Assembly: GCA_963762145.1 (NCBI GenBank)
Contig: CAVXJS010000014.1
Location: 609,774-673,773 of the forward strand
Reading direction: 5' to 3'
DNA from: an uncultured Candidatus Rokubacteria bacterium
GTDB taxonomy: Bacteria > Methylomirabilota > Methylomirabilia > Rokubacteriales > CSP1-6
DNA length: 64,000 bases
Within the stretch, counting starts at the first letter, position 1. The number at the start of each line of letters is the position of its first letter. Shown here piece after piece: positions 1 through 9,538 of this stretch. The translations under genes and the position numbers were made by a program. The notes beneath the pieces were generated by a model that saw only the letters and a program-made list of their open reading frames with translations, made no database searches and was not told where the DNA came from.

Positions 1-1
1 G

Positions 2-124
2 GAGGCGCTGCTCGATCCCGCGCGCTACGCCGGGCTCTGCCGCGAGTTCGCGGAGCGGGGCGCTGCGCAGGGCCGGCAGATCGCGGCGGCGATCGAGCGC
101 CGGCCCGCGAGCCGCGCTACCTGA
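2..124 (+). CDS. 3' end of an adenylosuccinate lyase / 3-carboxymuconate cycloisomerase family protein (partial)
   Basis: Frame 2 reads EALLDPARYAGLC...RAT*; LDPxxYxG is the typical C-terminal motif of this lyase family. Confidence 0.6.
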   Translation, partial: EALLDPARYAGLCREFAERGAAQGRQIAAAIERRPASRAT

Positions 125-1643
125 GCTTCAGGTCCTCGTAGGGCGACAGGTACGGGTGCCCGGGGATCGTGGGCGCCTCGCCGAGCCGCGATCCGATGCC
201 GATGAGGAGCGGCGGCTCCACGATGGGCGCGAACATCGCGCGCTCGTGCATGAGCTGCTGGATCCGGTGGAGCAAAGCCTCGCGGCGCTTGCGGTCGGGC
301 TCGGCGGCCTGGTCCCGGAAGAGCGCGTCGATGTCCGGGTAGCCGCCGTACGAGCGGATCCCGGTCGAGAGCACGAAGGCCTCGATCCGCGTCGCCGCGT
401 TCCCGGCGGTGCCGCTGCCCACGCGAATCAGATGCTTGAACTGCTTGTCCTGGTCCGCCTTGTAGAAGGCGGCCCGCTCCATCGGGCGCAGGCGTGAGCG
501 GATCCCGATGGCCTGGAGCCCGTTGATGACCGCCTCGGCTTCGGGCGCGAAGACCACGTCGGTCGCGACCTCGACCGCGTCGAAGCCCTTCGGGTAGCCG
601 GCCTCGGCCAGGAGCTGCTTCGCCCGCGCCGGATCGTGCGGGTACTCGGGGGGCGCCCAGTAGAAGTCGTAGTCCCGGGGGATGATGCTCGAGGCCGCCT
701 TGCCGAATCCGAGATACTCCGCCTGGCTCAGGGTCTTGCGGTCGATGGCCAGGTTGGCCGCGAGGCGCACCCGGCGGTCGGCCCACGGTGACTTCGGATC
801 CCACTGCTGGGTGAACACGAGCCACTCAGTGAAGGTCGGGTAGGTGACCTTGAGGGTGAGGCCCGGCGTCCGCCGCACCTCCTCGCCGAGCGGGCCGCGC
901 AGCGTGTAGGCCACGTCGGCCTCGGCGCGCTTGAGCATGGCCAGGCGCGTCGATTCGTCGGGGACCACCTTGAAGATGAGCCGCTTCACGGCCGGCGCCT
1001 TCCGCCAGTAGCCGTCGTGCGCCTCCACGACCAGCTCCACCCCGGGGGAGAAAGAAACGAAGCGGTACGGGCCCGCGCCGACCGGCGCCCGCTTGAAGCC
1101 GTCCTCGCCGACGCGCTCGGTGTAGGCCTTCGGCACGATCCAGGCCGCCCCGCTGGCCGGCGTCGCGTAGAACGTCATGAAGTCGGGCCACGGCTGCTTG
1201 AGCCGGAAGCGCACGCGGTGGGTGTCCACGACCTCGACCGCGGCGAGGTGGGCCTTGAGCGTGGTCGCGGCGGCGCCCTTGTACCGCTCGAAGGAGAACT
1301 TCACGTCCTCCGCGGTGAGCGGGTCGCCGTTGTGGAAGCGCACGCCCTTGCGAAGCACGAACTCGTAGGTGAGCCCGTCCTTCGACTGCGTCCACGACTC
1401 GGCGAGGCACGGCGCCCAGGCATTGCCCGGCATCGGCTTCACCAGCGCGTCGTGGAGCGCGTAGAGCGTCAGGAACGGGGTGATGACGCCCGGCGTCTCG
1501 GCGGGGTCGAACCACGTGGGGGCCAGCGAGACGTGGACGGCAAGCGTGATCTGCCCGTCCGCCGCGCCGGCCGGCGAGGGCGCCAGCCAGAGGGCCAGGG
1601 CGAGAACGAGGGCGACGAGCGGTCGGGACCGGCCGCGCTCCAC
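117..1643 (-). CDS. ABC transporter substrate-binding protein, family 5 (DppA/OppA-like)
   Basis: Signal peptide, LRKGVRFHNGDPLTAEDVKFS and PVGAGPYRF motifs; GTG 1643 chosen as start because TATGCT (-10-like) lies 6 nt upstream. Confidence 0.9.
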   Translation of the reverse strand: MERGRSRPLVALVLALALWLAPSPAGAADGQITLAVHVSLAPTWFDPAETPGVITPFLTLYALHDALVKPMPGNAWAPCLAESWTQSKDGLTYEFVLRKGVRFHNGDPLTAEDVKFSFERYKGAAATTLKAHLAAVEVVDTHRVRFRLKQPWPDFMTFYATPASGAAWIVPKAYTERVGEDGFKRAPVGAGPYRFVSFSPGVELVVEAHDGYWRKAPAVKRLIFKVVPDESTRLAMLKRAEADVAYTLRGPLGEEVRRTPGLTLKVTYPTFTEWLVFTQQWDPKSPWADRRVRLAANLAIDRKTLSQAEYLGFGKAASSIIPRDYDFYWAPPEYPHDPARAKQLLAEAGYPKGFDAVEVATDVVFAPEAEAVINGLQAIGIRSRLRPMERAAFYKADQDKQFKHLIRVGSGTAGNAATRIEAFVLSTGIRSYGGYPDIDALFRDQAAEPDRKRREALLHRIQQLMHERAMFAPIVEPPLLIGIGSRLGEAPTIPGHPYLSPYEDLKLR

Positions 1644-1686
1644 GGCGGGAGCATACACTTGGGACCCGCCCCGCAGCAGGGCCGGC

Positions 1687-2088
1687 TCAGTCGATGACCG
1701 CGATCGCCTCCACCTCCACCACCAGGTCGGGATGGGCGAGCTTGCGCACCTCCACCGTGGTGCTGGTCGGGAGCGCGCCGAAGTACTCCATGCGCACGTC
1801 CACGTGCTTGAAGAACTCCTCGATGTCGGTCACGTAGGTGTTGGTCTTCACGATGTCGTCGAGGGTGGCGCCCGCCGCGGCCAGCGCCGCCTTGATATTC
1901 TCGCCCACCTGACGGAGCTGCGCGCGCATGTCGCCCGCCCCAACCACCTCGCCGCTCGGGCTCCGGGCGAGCTGGCCCGACACGAAGATCGTCCTCTTGC
2001 CCTCGACGACCACCACGTGGGAGTAGAGCACGTGGCCGCCGACGACTCTCTTGCTGAGGGAGGCCGGTTGGATGTTCTGTCGCTTCAT
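1687..2088 (-). CDS. RidA/YjgF/YER057c/UK114 family protein
   Basis: YSH, IFVSGQ, PTST and VEVEAIA motifs. Confidence 0.9.
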   Translation of the reverse strand: MKRQNIQPASLSKRVVGGHVLYSHVVVVEGKRTIFVSGQLARSPSGEVVGAGDMRAQLRQVGENIKAALAAAGATLDDIVKTNTYVTDIEEFFKHVDVRMEYFGALPTSTTVEVRKLAHPDLVVEVEAIAVID

Positions 2089-2126
2089 GGGGACGTATGA
2101 TAGCGGGCCGGGAGGGAGAACACCAC

Positions 2127-3014
2127 ATGCTACCAACCCATGGACGCTACGATTACTCGAGCATCACGGCACGGCCGGACTACAGCTGGCCGGGCGGCCG
2201 GCGGCTGGCCGTCTACATCGCGCTCAACGTCGAGGCGTTCGGGTTCGGGGTGGGCAAGGGCGCGGCGATCGCGCCGCCGGATCAGGCCCAGAGCCACTCC
2301 GTCTACAGCTGGCGGGACTACGGCAACCGGGTGGGCATCTGGCGCCTCTTCGAGCTGCTCGACGAGCTCGGGCTGCCCGCCGAGGCCCAGCTCAACGCCG
2401 CGATCTACGACGTCGCGCCCGACGTCCCGGCGCGCCTGCGGGCCCGCGGCGACGAGATCCTGGGCCACGGGCTGACCAACTCGGACGAGCAGGGGCATCT
2501 CTCGGAGCCGGAGGAGCGCGCGCTGATCGAGCAGGCCACCGCCACGATCGCGCGCCACGAGGGGGCGCGCCCGGTCGGCTGGATGAGCCCGTGGCTCTCC
2601 AACAGCCCGGTCACCATGGACCTGCTGCAGGAGGCGGGCTACCGCTACGTGATGGACTGGACCATGGACGATCAGCCGGTGTGGCTGCGCACCCGCAAGG
2701 GCCGTATCCTCGCGGTGCCGTACCCGATCGAGGTCAACGACACGCGCGGGATCGTGTGGTACCGCTACACCGCGGACGAGTTCGCGGACATGATCGTGGA
2801 TCAGTTCGACGAGATGCTGACGCAGTCGGCGGGCCAGCCGCTGGTGTGCCCGATCTCGCTGCACCCCTTCGTGATCGGCCGGCCGTACCGCATCCGGCGG
2901 CTGCGCCGGGCCCTGCAGCACATCCTCGGCCACCGCGAGCGCGTCTGGCTGACCCGCCCGCGCGACATCTGTGCCCACGTCGAAGCGCTGCCGGCCGGGG
3001 TCGTGCCCGGCTAG
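2127..3014 (+). CDS. Polysaccharide deacetylase family protein (PuuE/allantoinase-like)
   Basis: WPGGRRLAV, DYGNRVGIWR, EILGHG and ISLHPF motifs; SD GGAGG. Confidence 0.85.
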   Translation: MLPTHGRYDYSSITARPDYSWPGGRRLAVYIALNVEAFGFGVGKGAAIAPPDQAQSHSVYSWRDYGNRVGIWRLFELLDELGLPAEAQLNAAIYDVAPDVPARLRARGDEILGHGLTNSDEQGHLSEPEERALIEQATATIARHEGARPVGWMSPWLSNSPVTMDLLQEAGYRYVMDWTMDDQPVWLRTRKGRILAVPYPIEVNDTRGIVWYRYTADEFADMIVDQFDEMLTQSAGQPLVCPISLHPFVIGRPYRIRRLRRALQHILGHRERVWLTRPRDICAHVEALPAGVVPG

Positions 3015-3024
3015 CGTCGAGGTG

Positions 3025-3828
3025 ATGGACCGCGGACGGCTCACGGATCGGGGGATCTGGGTGGCGCGCGGCGGGCGCGGCGAGCGCCTGCTCGTCCTCC
3101 TGCACGGCATGGGCGCCAACGCGGACGTCTGGGAGCGCCTGCTGCCATTCGTCGAGAGCGCCTGGCGCGGCCGATGGCTGGCCCCGGACCTGCGTGGCCA
3201 CGGGCGCTCGGTCCGGGAGGGCCCTTACGGGTTCGGCGCGCACGCCGCCGACGTGGCGGCCCTCATCGAGGCGGAGGCGCCGGGTGCGGTCACGCTGGCC
3301 GGGCATTCGTTCGGCGGGGCGGTGGCCGCGCTGGTGGCCAGCGGGTGGTTCGGTCCCCGCGCGCGGGACGTCGCGGCATTCGGCGTCAAGATCGACTGGA
3401 CGGCGGACGAGACCACGAAGGCCCGCGAGCTGGCCGGTCGCCCCGCGACCGTCTTCGCCACCCGCGAGGAGGCGACCGCGCGCTACCTCCGGGTCTCGGG
3501 GCTCACCGGTCTCGCGCCGCCCTCCTCGGCGACCGCGGTCGCCGGGGTGACCGGGGCGGAGGGCGGCTTCCAGGTGGCCTTGGATCCGCGCGTCTACGGC
3601 GCGGTGGGCCCGTCGGTCGAGGGCCTGCTGCGCCTCGCGGAGGCGCCGCTCCGGCTCGCCGCGGGTGGTCGGGATCCGATGGTGACGCTCGAGCGGATGC
3701 GGCGCATCGACCCCGCCGCGCGGGTCTTCGAGGGGGTCGGCCACAACGCCCACTGGGAGGCCCCCGAACAGGTCTGGGAGTTCATCGCGGGAGGTTTGGC
3801 GGCTTCCTCGGCTACCCTGTTCGAGTGA
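3025..3828 (+). CDS. Alpha/beta hydrolase
   Basis: LLHG, DLRGHG, GHSFGG nucleophile elbow, GHNAHWE. Confidence 0.9.
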   Translation: MDRGRLTDRGIWVARGGRGERLLVLLHGMGANADVWERLLPFVESAWRGRWLAPDLRGHGRSVREGPYGFGAHAADVAALIEAEAPGAVTLAGHSFGGAVAALVASGWFGPRARDVAAFGVKIDWTADETTKARELAGRPATVFATREEATARYLRVSGLTGLAPPSSATAVAGVTGAEGGFQVALDPRVYGAVGPSVEGLLRLAEAPLRLAAGGRDPMVTLERMRRIDPAARVFEGVGHNAHWEAPEQVWEFIAGGLAASSATLFE

Positions 3829-3832
3829 GCCC

Positions 3833-5299
3833 ATGAAGCCCGCGCCCATCTCCCGACGCGCGCTGCTCGGCACCGGCGCGGCCGCCGCGCTCGTGCGGGC
3901 GGTCCCCGCGGGGGCCCAGGCGCCCGCGACGCCGCCGGTCCTCGACGACGCCAGCCGGCTCAACGCGACGCCGGTCGCCCGCCACTGGCGTCCCACCCGG
4001 ATCACCGGCGACGCCTGGCTCGACGCGCTCCGCGCCGAGCTGCGGGCGGCGGCGGCCGCGGGCCGGCCCGTCGCGCTGGGCGCGGCCCGGCACTCGATGG
4101 GTGGGCAGGCGCTCATGCGCGACGGCGTCGCGATGACCCTGGACGTGAAGCCGGGCGCCGAGCCCTGGATCGTGCTGGATCGGAGCTCGCGCACGTTCCA
4201 CGTCGCGCCGGGCGCGCGCTGGCGGCAGGTGATCGGCGCGCTCGACCCGGCGGGCTTCTCGCCCGCGGTGATGCAGTCCAATCACGACTTCGGCGTCGCT
4301 GCGACGTTCTCGGTCAACGCCCACGGCTGGCCCGCGCCCTACGGGCCATTCGGCTCGACGGTCCGGTCGCTCCGCCTCATGCTCGCCTCCGGCGAGGTCG
4401 TCACGTGCGGGCCCACCGAGAACCCCGAGCTCTTCTCGCTCGCCATGGGCGGCTACGGACTCTTCGGCGTCATCGTGGACCTCGAGGCGGCGATGGTGGA
4501 CAACGTGCTGCTGCGCCCGACCTACGAGCTGATGCCCGCCGCGCAGCTCGGCCCGCGCTTCGTGGCGAGCCTGGCGCAGGACGCCGCGATCCGCATGGCG
4601 TACGGGCGCCTGGCGGTGGACGCCGAGCGGTTCCTCCGCGACGCCCTGCTCGTCACGCTCCGGCCCGTGGCGGGCGCGCCACCGGCCGCGACGTCGGGCG
4701 GCCTCTTCGTCACGCTCTCCCGCGAGGTCTTCCGTGCCCAGATCGGCTCGGACCGGGCCAAGCGGGCCCGCTGGTACGCGGAGACGGTCGCGGGCCCGCG
4801 GGCGTCCTCCGGGATCGCGTCGCGCAACCGCCTCCTGAACGAGCCGGTGGCGAACCTGGCCGGCCGGGATCGGTCGCGCACCGACATCCTGCACGAGTAC
4901 TTCCTGCCCGCGGCGGGCCTCGAGCCGTTCCTCACCGCGTGCCGGACCGCCATTCCGGAATCCCGGCAGGAGCTGCTGAACGTCACGCTCCGCTACGTGC
5001 AGGAGGACCGGACCAGCGCGCTGGCCTTCGCGCGGGGCGACCGGATCGCCGCGGTGATGCTCTTCTCGCAGCGGATGACGCAGGCCGATGAGGAGGACAT
5101 GAGGGCGATGACCCAGATCTTGATCGACGCCGCGCTCGACGCGGGCGGCAGCTTCTACCTTCCGTACCGGCTGCACGCCCGCCCCGACCAGGTCGTGCGG
5201 GCGTACCCGCGCCTCGAGGAGGTGGTGGCCCGCAAGCGCCACCACGATCCGGGGCTGCTCTTCCGGAACGCGATGTGGCACCGGTACTTCGCGCCATGA
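3833..5299 (+). CDS. Tat-exported FAD-binding oxidoreductase (FAD_binding_4/ALO-like)
   Basis: SRRALL twin-arginine signal; GARHSMGGQ, GGYGLFGVI, DPGLLFRN. Confidence 0.85.
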   Translation: MKPAPISRRALLGTGAAAALVRAVPAGAQAPATPPVLDDASRLNATPVARHWRPTRITGDAWLDALRAELRAAAAAGRPVALGAARHSMGGQALMRDGVAMTLDVKPGAEPWIVLDRSSRTFHVAPGARWRQVIGALDPAGFSPAVMQSNHDFGVAATFSVNAHGWPAPYGPFGSTVRSLRLMLASGEVVTCGPTENPELFSLAMGGYGLFGVIVDLEAAMVDNVLLRPTYELMPAAQLGPRFVASLAQDAAIRMAYGRLAVDAERFLRDALLVTLRPVAGAPPAATSGGLFVTLSREVFRAQIGSDRAKRARWYAETVAGPRASSGIASRNRLLNEPVANLAGRDRSRTDILHEYFLPAAGLEPFLTACRTAIPESRQELLNVTLRYVQEDRTSALAFARGDRIAAVMLFSQRMTQADEEDMRAMTQILIDAALDAGGSFYLPYRLHARPDQVVRAYPRLEEVVARKRHHDPGLLFRNAMWHRYFAP

Positions 5300-5742
5300 A
5301 CCCGCTGCGGTTCCTCGCCCTCGTCTACGCGGCGCTCTTCGTGCTCGTCACCAGCCTGAACTACATCCCCGGGCTCACCGACGCGGAGGGGCGCACCTTC
5401 GGCCTCTTCGCGCTCGACGTCTTCGACGACGCGCTGCACGCGGCCTCGGGTCTCTGGGCCGCGCTGGCCGCGTGGTGGTCCACGCGCGCCACCGTCACCT
5501 ACTTCCGCTGGTTCGGCACCCTCTACTGCCTCGACGGGCTGCTCGGACTCGCCACCGGCTCGGGCTACCTCGACCTCGGCATCTTCCTCCACGGTGCGCT
5601 GGACCTGCCGTTCACGACCCGCGTCCTCATGAACCTGCCCCACATCGCGATCGGCGGCTTTGCCGCGTTCACCGGCTTCGTGCTGGCCCGCCGCTGGGCG
5701 CCGAGCGCGGCCGGGTCGCGCCCCGCGGGAGCGCGCTACTAG
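5296..5742 (+). CDS. Small membrane protein (DUF4383-like)
   Basis: Four hydrophobic segments, FGLFALDVFDDALH; ATGA overlap with upstream gene. Confidence 0.7.
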   Translation: MNPLRFLALVYAALFVLVTSLNYIPGLTDAEGRTFGLFALDVFDDALHAASGLWAALAAWWSTRATVTYFRWFGTLYCLDGLLGLATGSGYLDLGIFLHGALDLPFTTRVLMNLPHIAIGGFAAFTGFVLARRWAPSAAGSRPAGARY

Positions 5743-5743
5743 G

Positions 5744-6832
5744 ATGCGCCGCTGGGCGAAGCGTGTCGCGGGTGCGCTCGCCGTCCTCGTCCTGATCCTG
5801 CTAACGCCCATCCTCTGGGTCGAAGTCGCCTGCACGACCGCGCGCGAGCCCGGCACCCTGGCCCGCGCGCCGCTCGTGAACGAGCGCGGCTACGCGCGGC
5901 GCGAGGCGGACAGCTATCTGTCCTTTCCCGAGTGGCACATCGTCTATGCCTACGAGGACCTGGCCGCGGTCCTGCGCCGGGGTAACGAGAGCGACTTCGC
6001 CTACGGCCGGCAGATCCTCCGGTTCTGGACGAGCCTCTGCGGGCTCACCCGCGTGGTGACCGCGCGCGGTCCGGTAGGGATGGACACCCGGATCATGCTC
6101 TACACGATCGGGTGGAGCTTCACCGCCGAGCTCGCCATCAAGGGCGCTTACGAGGAAACCGTGGGGCGCGCCTTCGAGCGGCTCCGCGGGCCCAACAAGA
6201 CCGCCGAGGACGAGTTCGCCGCGCGCGACATGCACGCCTACGCCGAGTTCCTGCGGCAGACCCCCTGGTACGAGTATCCGTTTGGCTGGCGCCTGCTCGC
6301 GTTCTGGCGAAGCACCCCGCTGTGGGGCGACGGCCTCGTGCGAAAGATCGAGCGCCGGGTCGTGTTCACCACCGAGTACGCCACGAAGGCGGTGTACGGC
6401 GCGCTGATCGGCTACGTGTCCGGCGCCACCCTGGGAGCCTCGGATCTCGAGATCCACACGGTGGTGGTCGGGCTCGAGCCCGGCGACGCGGCCCGCGAGC
6501 CCAAGATGCGGATCGTGCGCGAGCTCGGCGGCGGCCGCACCCTGATCCGTACGCCGCGCTACCAGGCCTACACCGATCTGCTCGTCCGTCTCGCGCGACG
6601 CGGGCGCGCGTTCGCGGAGATCGCCGGCAACCACCGCATCCTGGTCACCGTGCTGGCGCCGCCGGATCCACTCCCGCCGGTGCCCGGCGCCACGGAGCTG
6701 TTCGAGGCGCCGATCCAGTCAGGCCCGGACCGCCGCCGCCTCGGCCTCGACGTCTCCGTCGAGAGTCTGGCCGCGGCGATCCGGGCGCTGGAGGCCGCGG
6801 GCGCCTCCATCGAGCACATCTATGACTACTGA
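5744..6832 (+). CDS. Hypothetical protein with N-terminal membrane anchor
   Basis: Long ORF with globular composition (YLSFPEWHIVYAY, PWYEYPF, HIYDY), 1 nt after the upstream stop. Confidence 0.75.
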   Translation: MRRWAKRVAGALAVLVLILLTPILWVEVACTTAREPGTLARAPLVNERGYARREADSYLSFPEWHIVYAYEDLAAVLRRGNESDFAYGRQILRFWTSLCGLTRVVTARGPVGMDTRIMLYTIGWSFTAELAIKGAYEETVGRAFERLRGPNKTAEDEFAARDMHAYAEFLRQTPWYEYPFGWRLLAFWRSTPLWGDGLVRKIERRVVFTTEYATKAVYGALIGYVSGATLGASDLEIHTVVVGLEPGDAAREPKMRIVRELGGGRTLIRTPRYQAYTDLLVRLARRGRAFAEIAGNHRILVTVLAPPDPLPPVPGATELFEAPIQSGPDRRRLGLDVSVESLAAAIRALEAAGASIEHIYDY

Positions 6833-6851
6833 CCGCGACTGCTGACGAGGC

Positions 6852-7235
6852 TCAGATGCGCGAATGCGTGTGATGGACGTCCTCACCGCTCCGGCGGCTC
6901 ATCGCCACGATGCCGATGACGACCACGATCACGAGGATCGCGCCGAGGACCATCGCCACGGTCGCGTCCACGCCGAGGAAGGTGCCGGGCCGCTCGACCA
7001 CGCGCTCGGTCCGCTCGGTGCGGGTCTCGATCTGCGTGTTGCTGGACGGGGGCTGTGCCGGCTGCGCCTGCGGGGTGCTGCTCGCATCGCCCTGCGGCGC
7101 CGGCTTCGTGTCCGGTGTCTGCTGGGTCTCGGCGGGTGCCGGAGGTGCGGCCGGCTGCTGCGCGGTGACGTCCACCGCGAAGCCACCGATCAGAAGCAGG
7201 CTCAGGACGATTCCTGCAATCCAGTTCGTACGCAT
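6852..7235 (-). CDS. Small exported/membrane-anchored low-complexity protein
   Basis: Signal peptide, P/Q/A/T-rich linker, C-terminal TM followed by RR; SD AAGGAGG. Confidence 0.75.
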   Translation of the reverse strand: MRTNWIAGIVLSLLLIGGFAVDVTAQQPAAPPAPAETQQTPDTKPAPQGDASSTPQAQPAQPPSSNTQIETRTERTERVVERPGTFLGVDATVAMVLGAILVIVVVIGIVAMSRRSGEDVHHTHSRI

Positions 7236-7264
7236 GGGTGCTGTCCTCCTTGCTCAGGAGAGGG

Positions 7265-7280
7265 AGCAATGGAGGTGCCA
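7265..7280 (-). promoter_or_regulatory. sigma54 (-24/-12) promoter
   Basis: Minus strand TGGCAC-CTCCA-TTGCT matches TGGCAC-N5-TTGCW, about 30 nt upstream of ATG 7235. Confidence 0.7.
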
Positions 7281-7296
7281 GGCCAGGAAGCCCTAA

Positions 7297-7309
7297 GATC
7301 AACTACTTG
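7297..7309. promoter_or_regulatory. IHF-like binding site
   Basis: gATCAA-CTAC-TTG versus WATCAANNNNTTR, just upstream of the sigma54 promoter. Confidence 0.5.
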
Positions 7310-7411
7310 CGCCGGCCGGCGGACCGGGCGCTCCGGCAGGGGGCAATTCCTCCCGGGTAGGGGTTTCCCGGCCGCCCAACGGGCGTCCGGACGAGAGTAG
7401 AGTCAAGGATC

Positions 7412-8272
7412 ATGGCCACGATGCCTCGCGCGCGGGCCGGCGGAGCCGCGTCCCGGAAGCCCCGGACGCGACGGGCTCGTCTGCGCCCGGCGCTGCGGTC
7501 CGTCGGCCGCGGGCTCGCGCGCGCGGGCCGCGTGCTGCTCGCCGCGCCGCTCGCGGTGCGCATCGTGGTGCTGGCCGTCGCGCTCGTGATCGTGTGGTCG
7601 GCGGTGAACTGGACGTACCAGGTCATCCGCAAGCCGAGCGAGCTGTTCTTCCCGGTGAGCGGCACGCTCACCAAGGCCCCGGCCGAGACGTGGCGGAGCT
7701 ACGCGCCGCTCTTCCGCCGCCACGCGACCGCCACCATCACTCCCGAGCTGCTCGCCGCGCTCGCGCAGGTCGAGGGCGCGGGTGATCCGGTGGCCCGCAC
7801 CTACTGGCGCTGGCAGGTGGCGTGGCACCCGTTCGAGGTGTATCGTCCCGCCTCGAGCGCGGTCGGCATGTACCAGATCACCGATCCCACGTTTCGTGAG
7901 GCGAAGCGCTTCTGCGTGCGCGATCACGTGGTGGCCGAGGACGCCTGCTGGTTCCGCAGCCTCTACACGCGGGTGCTGCCGAGTCACGCGGTCGAGCTGA
8001 CCTCGGCCATGCTCGATCGCGGCGTGACTCGCATCCTCGAGCGCCGGCGCATCGTGACCGCGACGCCCCGGCAGAAGCAGGATCTCGCCGCCCTCATCCA
8101 CCTCTGCGGCGAGGGCGCGGGCGACGCCCACGCGCGGCGCGGCTTCCGGCTCACGCCGGGGCAGCAGTGCGGCGACCACGACGTCGCCCGGTACCTCGCG
8201 CAGGTCAATGGCATGAAGCGCCACTTCGCCCGGCTGGCCGACGGAGAATCGAGCATCTCGGAGAGGAGGTAG
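7412..8272 (+). CDS. Lytic transglycosylase (SLT-domain) protein
   Basis: TM anchor; LLAALAQVEGAG (catalytic Glu) and SAVGMYQIT motifs. Confidence 0.75.
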   Translation: MATMPRARAGGAASRKPRTRRARLRPALRSVGRGLARAGRVLLAAPLAVRIVVLAVALVIVWSAVNWTYQVIRKPSELFFPVSGTLTKAPAETWRSYAPLFRRHATATITPELLAALAQVEGAGDPVARTYWRWQVAWHPFEVYRPASSAVGMYQITDPTFREAKRFCVRDHVVAEDACWFRSLYTRVLPSHAVELTSAMLDRGVTRILERRRIVTATPRQKQDLAALIHLCGEGAGDAHARRGFRLTPGQQCGDHDVARYLAQVNGMKRHFARLADGESSISERR

Positions 8273-8274
8273 CC

Positions 8275-9528
8275 ATGCGTCCACGCCCCGCGCTCTCGAT
8301 CTGGCTCCTGGGTCTCGCCCTCCTGATCGGCGGGGTCGCGCCGCCGCCGCCCGCCGACGCGCAGGCGGCGAAGCCCATCAAGATCGGGTTCCTGGCGCCG
8401 CTCACCGGCGGCGCGGCCCAGATCGGGCGCGACACCGTGAACGGATTCGAGATGTACCTGGAGGAGGCGGGGAATCAGATCGCGGGCCGCAAGGTCGAGC
8501 TGATCGTCGAGGACACCGCGGGGAATCCGGGCACCGCGATCACCAAGTTCCGCAAGCTCGTCGAGAGCGATCGGGTCGACATGGTGGTCGGCGAGGTCTT
8601 CGCGCACATTGGTTACGCCCTGGCCCCGAAGGCCGAGGAGTTCAAGATGCCCACCATCTTCCCGGTCATCGCGGCGGACGACCTCACGCAGCGGAAGCCG
8701 TCGAAGTGGGTGGTGCGCCTCGGGTGGACCGGGAGCCAGCCGTCGCACCCCTTCGGGGAGTACGTGGCGAAGACCCTGGGCTACAAGAAGGTCGCGGTCT
8801 TCGGGACCGACTACGCCTTCGGCTACGAGGTGGTGGGCGGGTTCCAGCGAAGCTTCGAGGAGGCGGGCGGCCAGATCGTCCAGAAGCTCTGGGCGCCGCT
8901 CGGGACCAGCGATCTGGCGCCCTACATCACCCAGCTCAAGCGCGACGCGGACGCGGCCTTCATCATCGTGGTCGCGGCCTCCGCGCTCCGCTTCCCGGCT
9001 CAGTACCGGGACGCGGGCCTGCTCGGGCGGCTCCCGGTGATCGGGGGCGCGGTGATCGTGGACGAGTCCATCCTGCCGAGCTTCGGCGACGAGGCCCTCG
9101 GCTATGTCACGCCGCTGATGTACAGCGCGGCCCTCGACACTCCGGCCAACCGCAAGTTCGTGGCGGACTACCGCAAGAAGTACGGCAAGGTGCCGTCCTA
9201 CTTCTCGGAGACGTGCTACACGAGCGCGCGCTGGATCAACGAGGCCGCGAAGCTGGTCGGCGGGCAGGTGGAGGAGCGCGAGAAGTTCATGGCCGCGTTC
9301 CGCCGGGTCGAGATCCCCGACGCGCCGCGCGGGCCGGTGAAGCTCGACCAGTGGGGCAACCCGATCCAGAACATCTACGTCCGCAAGGTGGAGCGCAAGG
9401 GGGGCGAGCTGCAGAACACCGTCATCCACACCTTCCCGGGCATCTCGCAGTTCTGGACCTACAAGCCGGAGGAGTATCTGAAGCAGCCGGTGTACAGCCG
9501 CGACTACCCGCCGTGCAAGGCCTGCTAG
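8275..9528 (+). CDS. Branched-chain amino acid-type ABC substrate-binding protein (LivJ/PBP6)
   Basis: Signal peptide, PIKIGFLAPLTG, DYAFGYE; SD GAGGAGG. Confidence 0.9.
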   Translation: MRPRPALSIWLLGLALLIGGVAPPPPADAQAAKPIKIGFLAPLTGGAAQIGRDTVNGFEMYLEEAGNQIAGRKVELIVEDTAGNPGTAITKFRKLVESDRVDMVVGEVFAHIGYALAPKAEEFKMPTIFPVIAADDLTQRKPSKWVVRLGWTGSQPSHPFGEYVAKTLGYKKVAVFGTDYAFGYEVVGGFQRSFEEAGGQIVQKLWAPLGTSDLAPYITQLKRDADAAFIIVVAASALRFPAQYRDAGLLGRLPVIGGAVIVDESILPSFGDEALGYVTPLMYSAALDTPANRKFVADYRKKYGKVPSYFSETCYTSARWINEAAKLVGGQVEEREKFMAAFRRVEIPDAPRGPVKLDQWGNPIQNIYVRKVERKGGELQNTVIHTFPGISQFWTYKPEEYLKQPVYSRDYPPCKAC

Positions 9529-9538
9529 GGGCGCCCGC

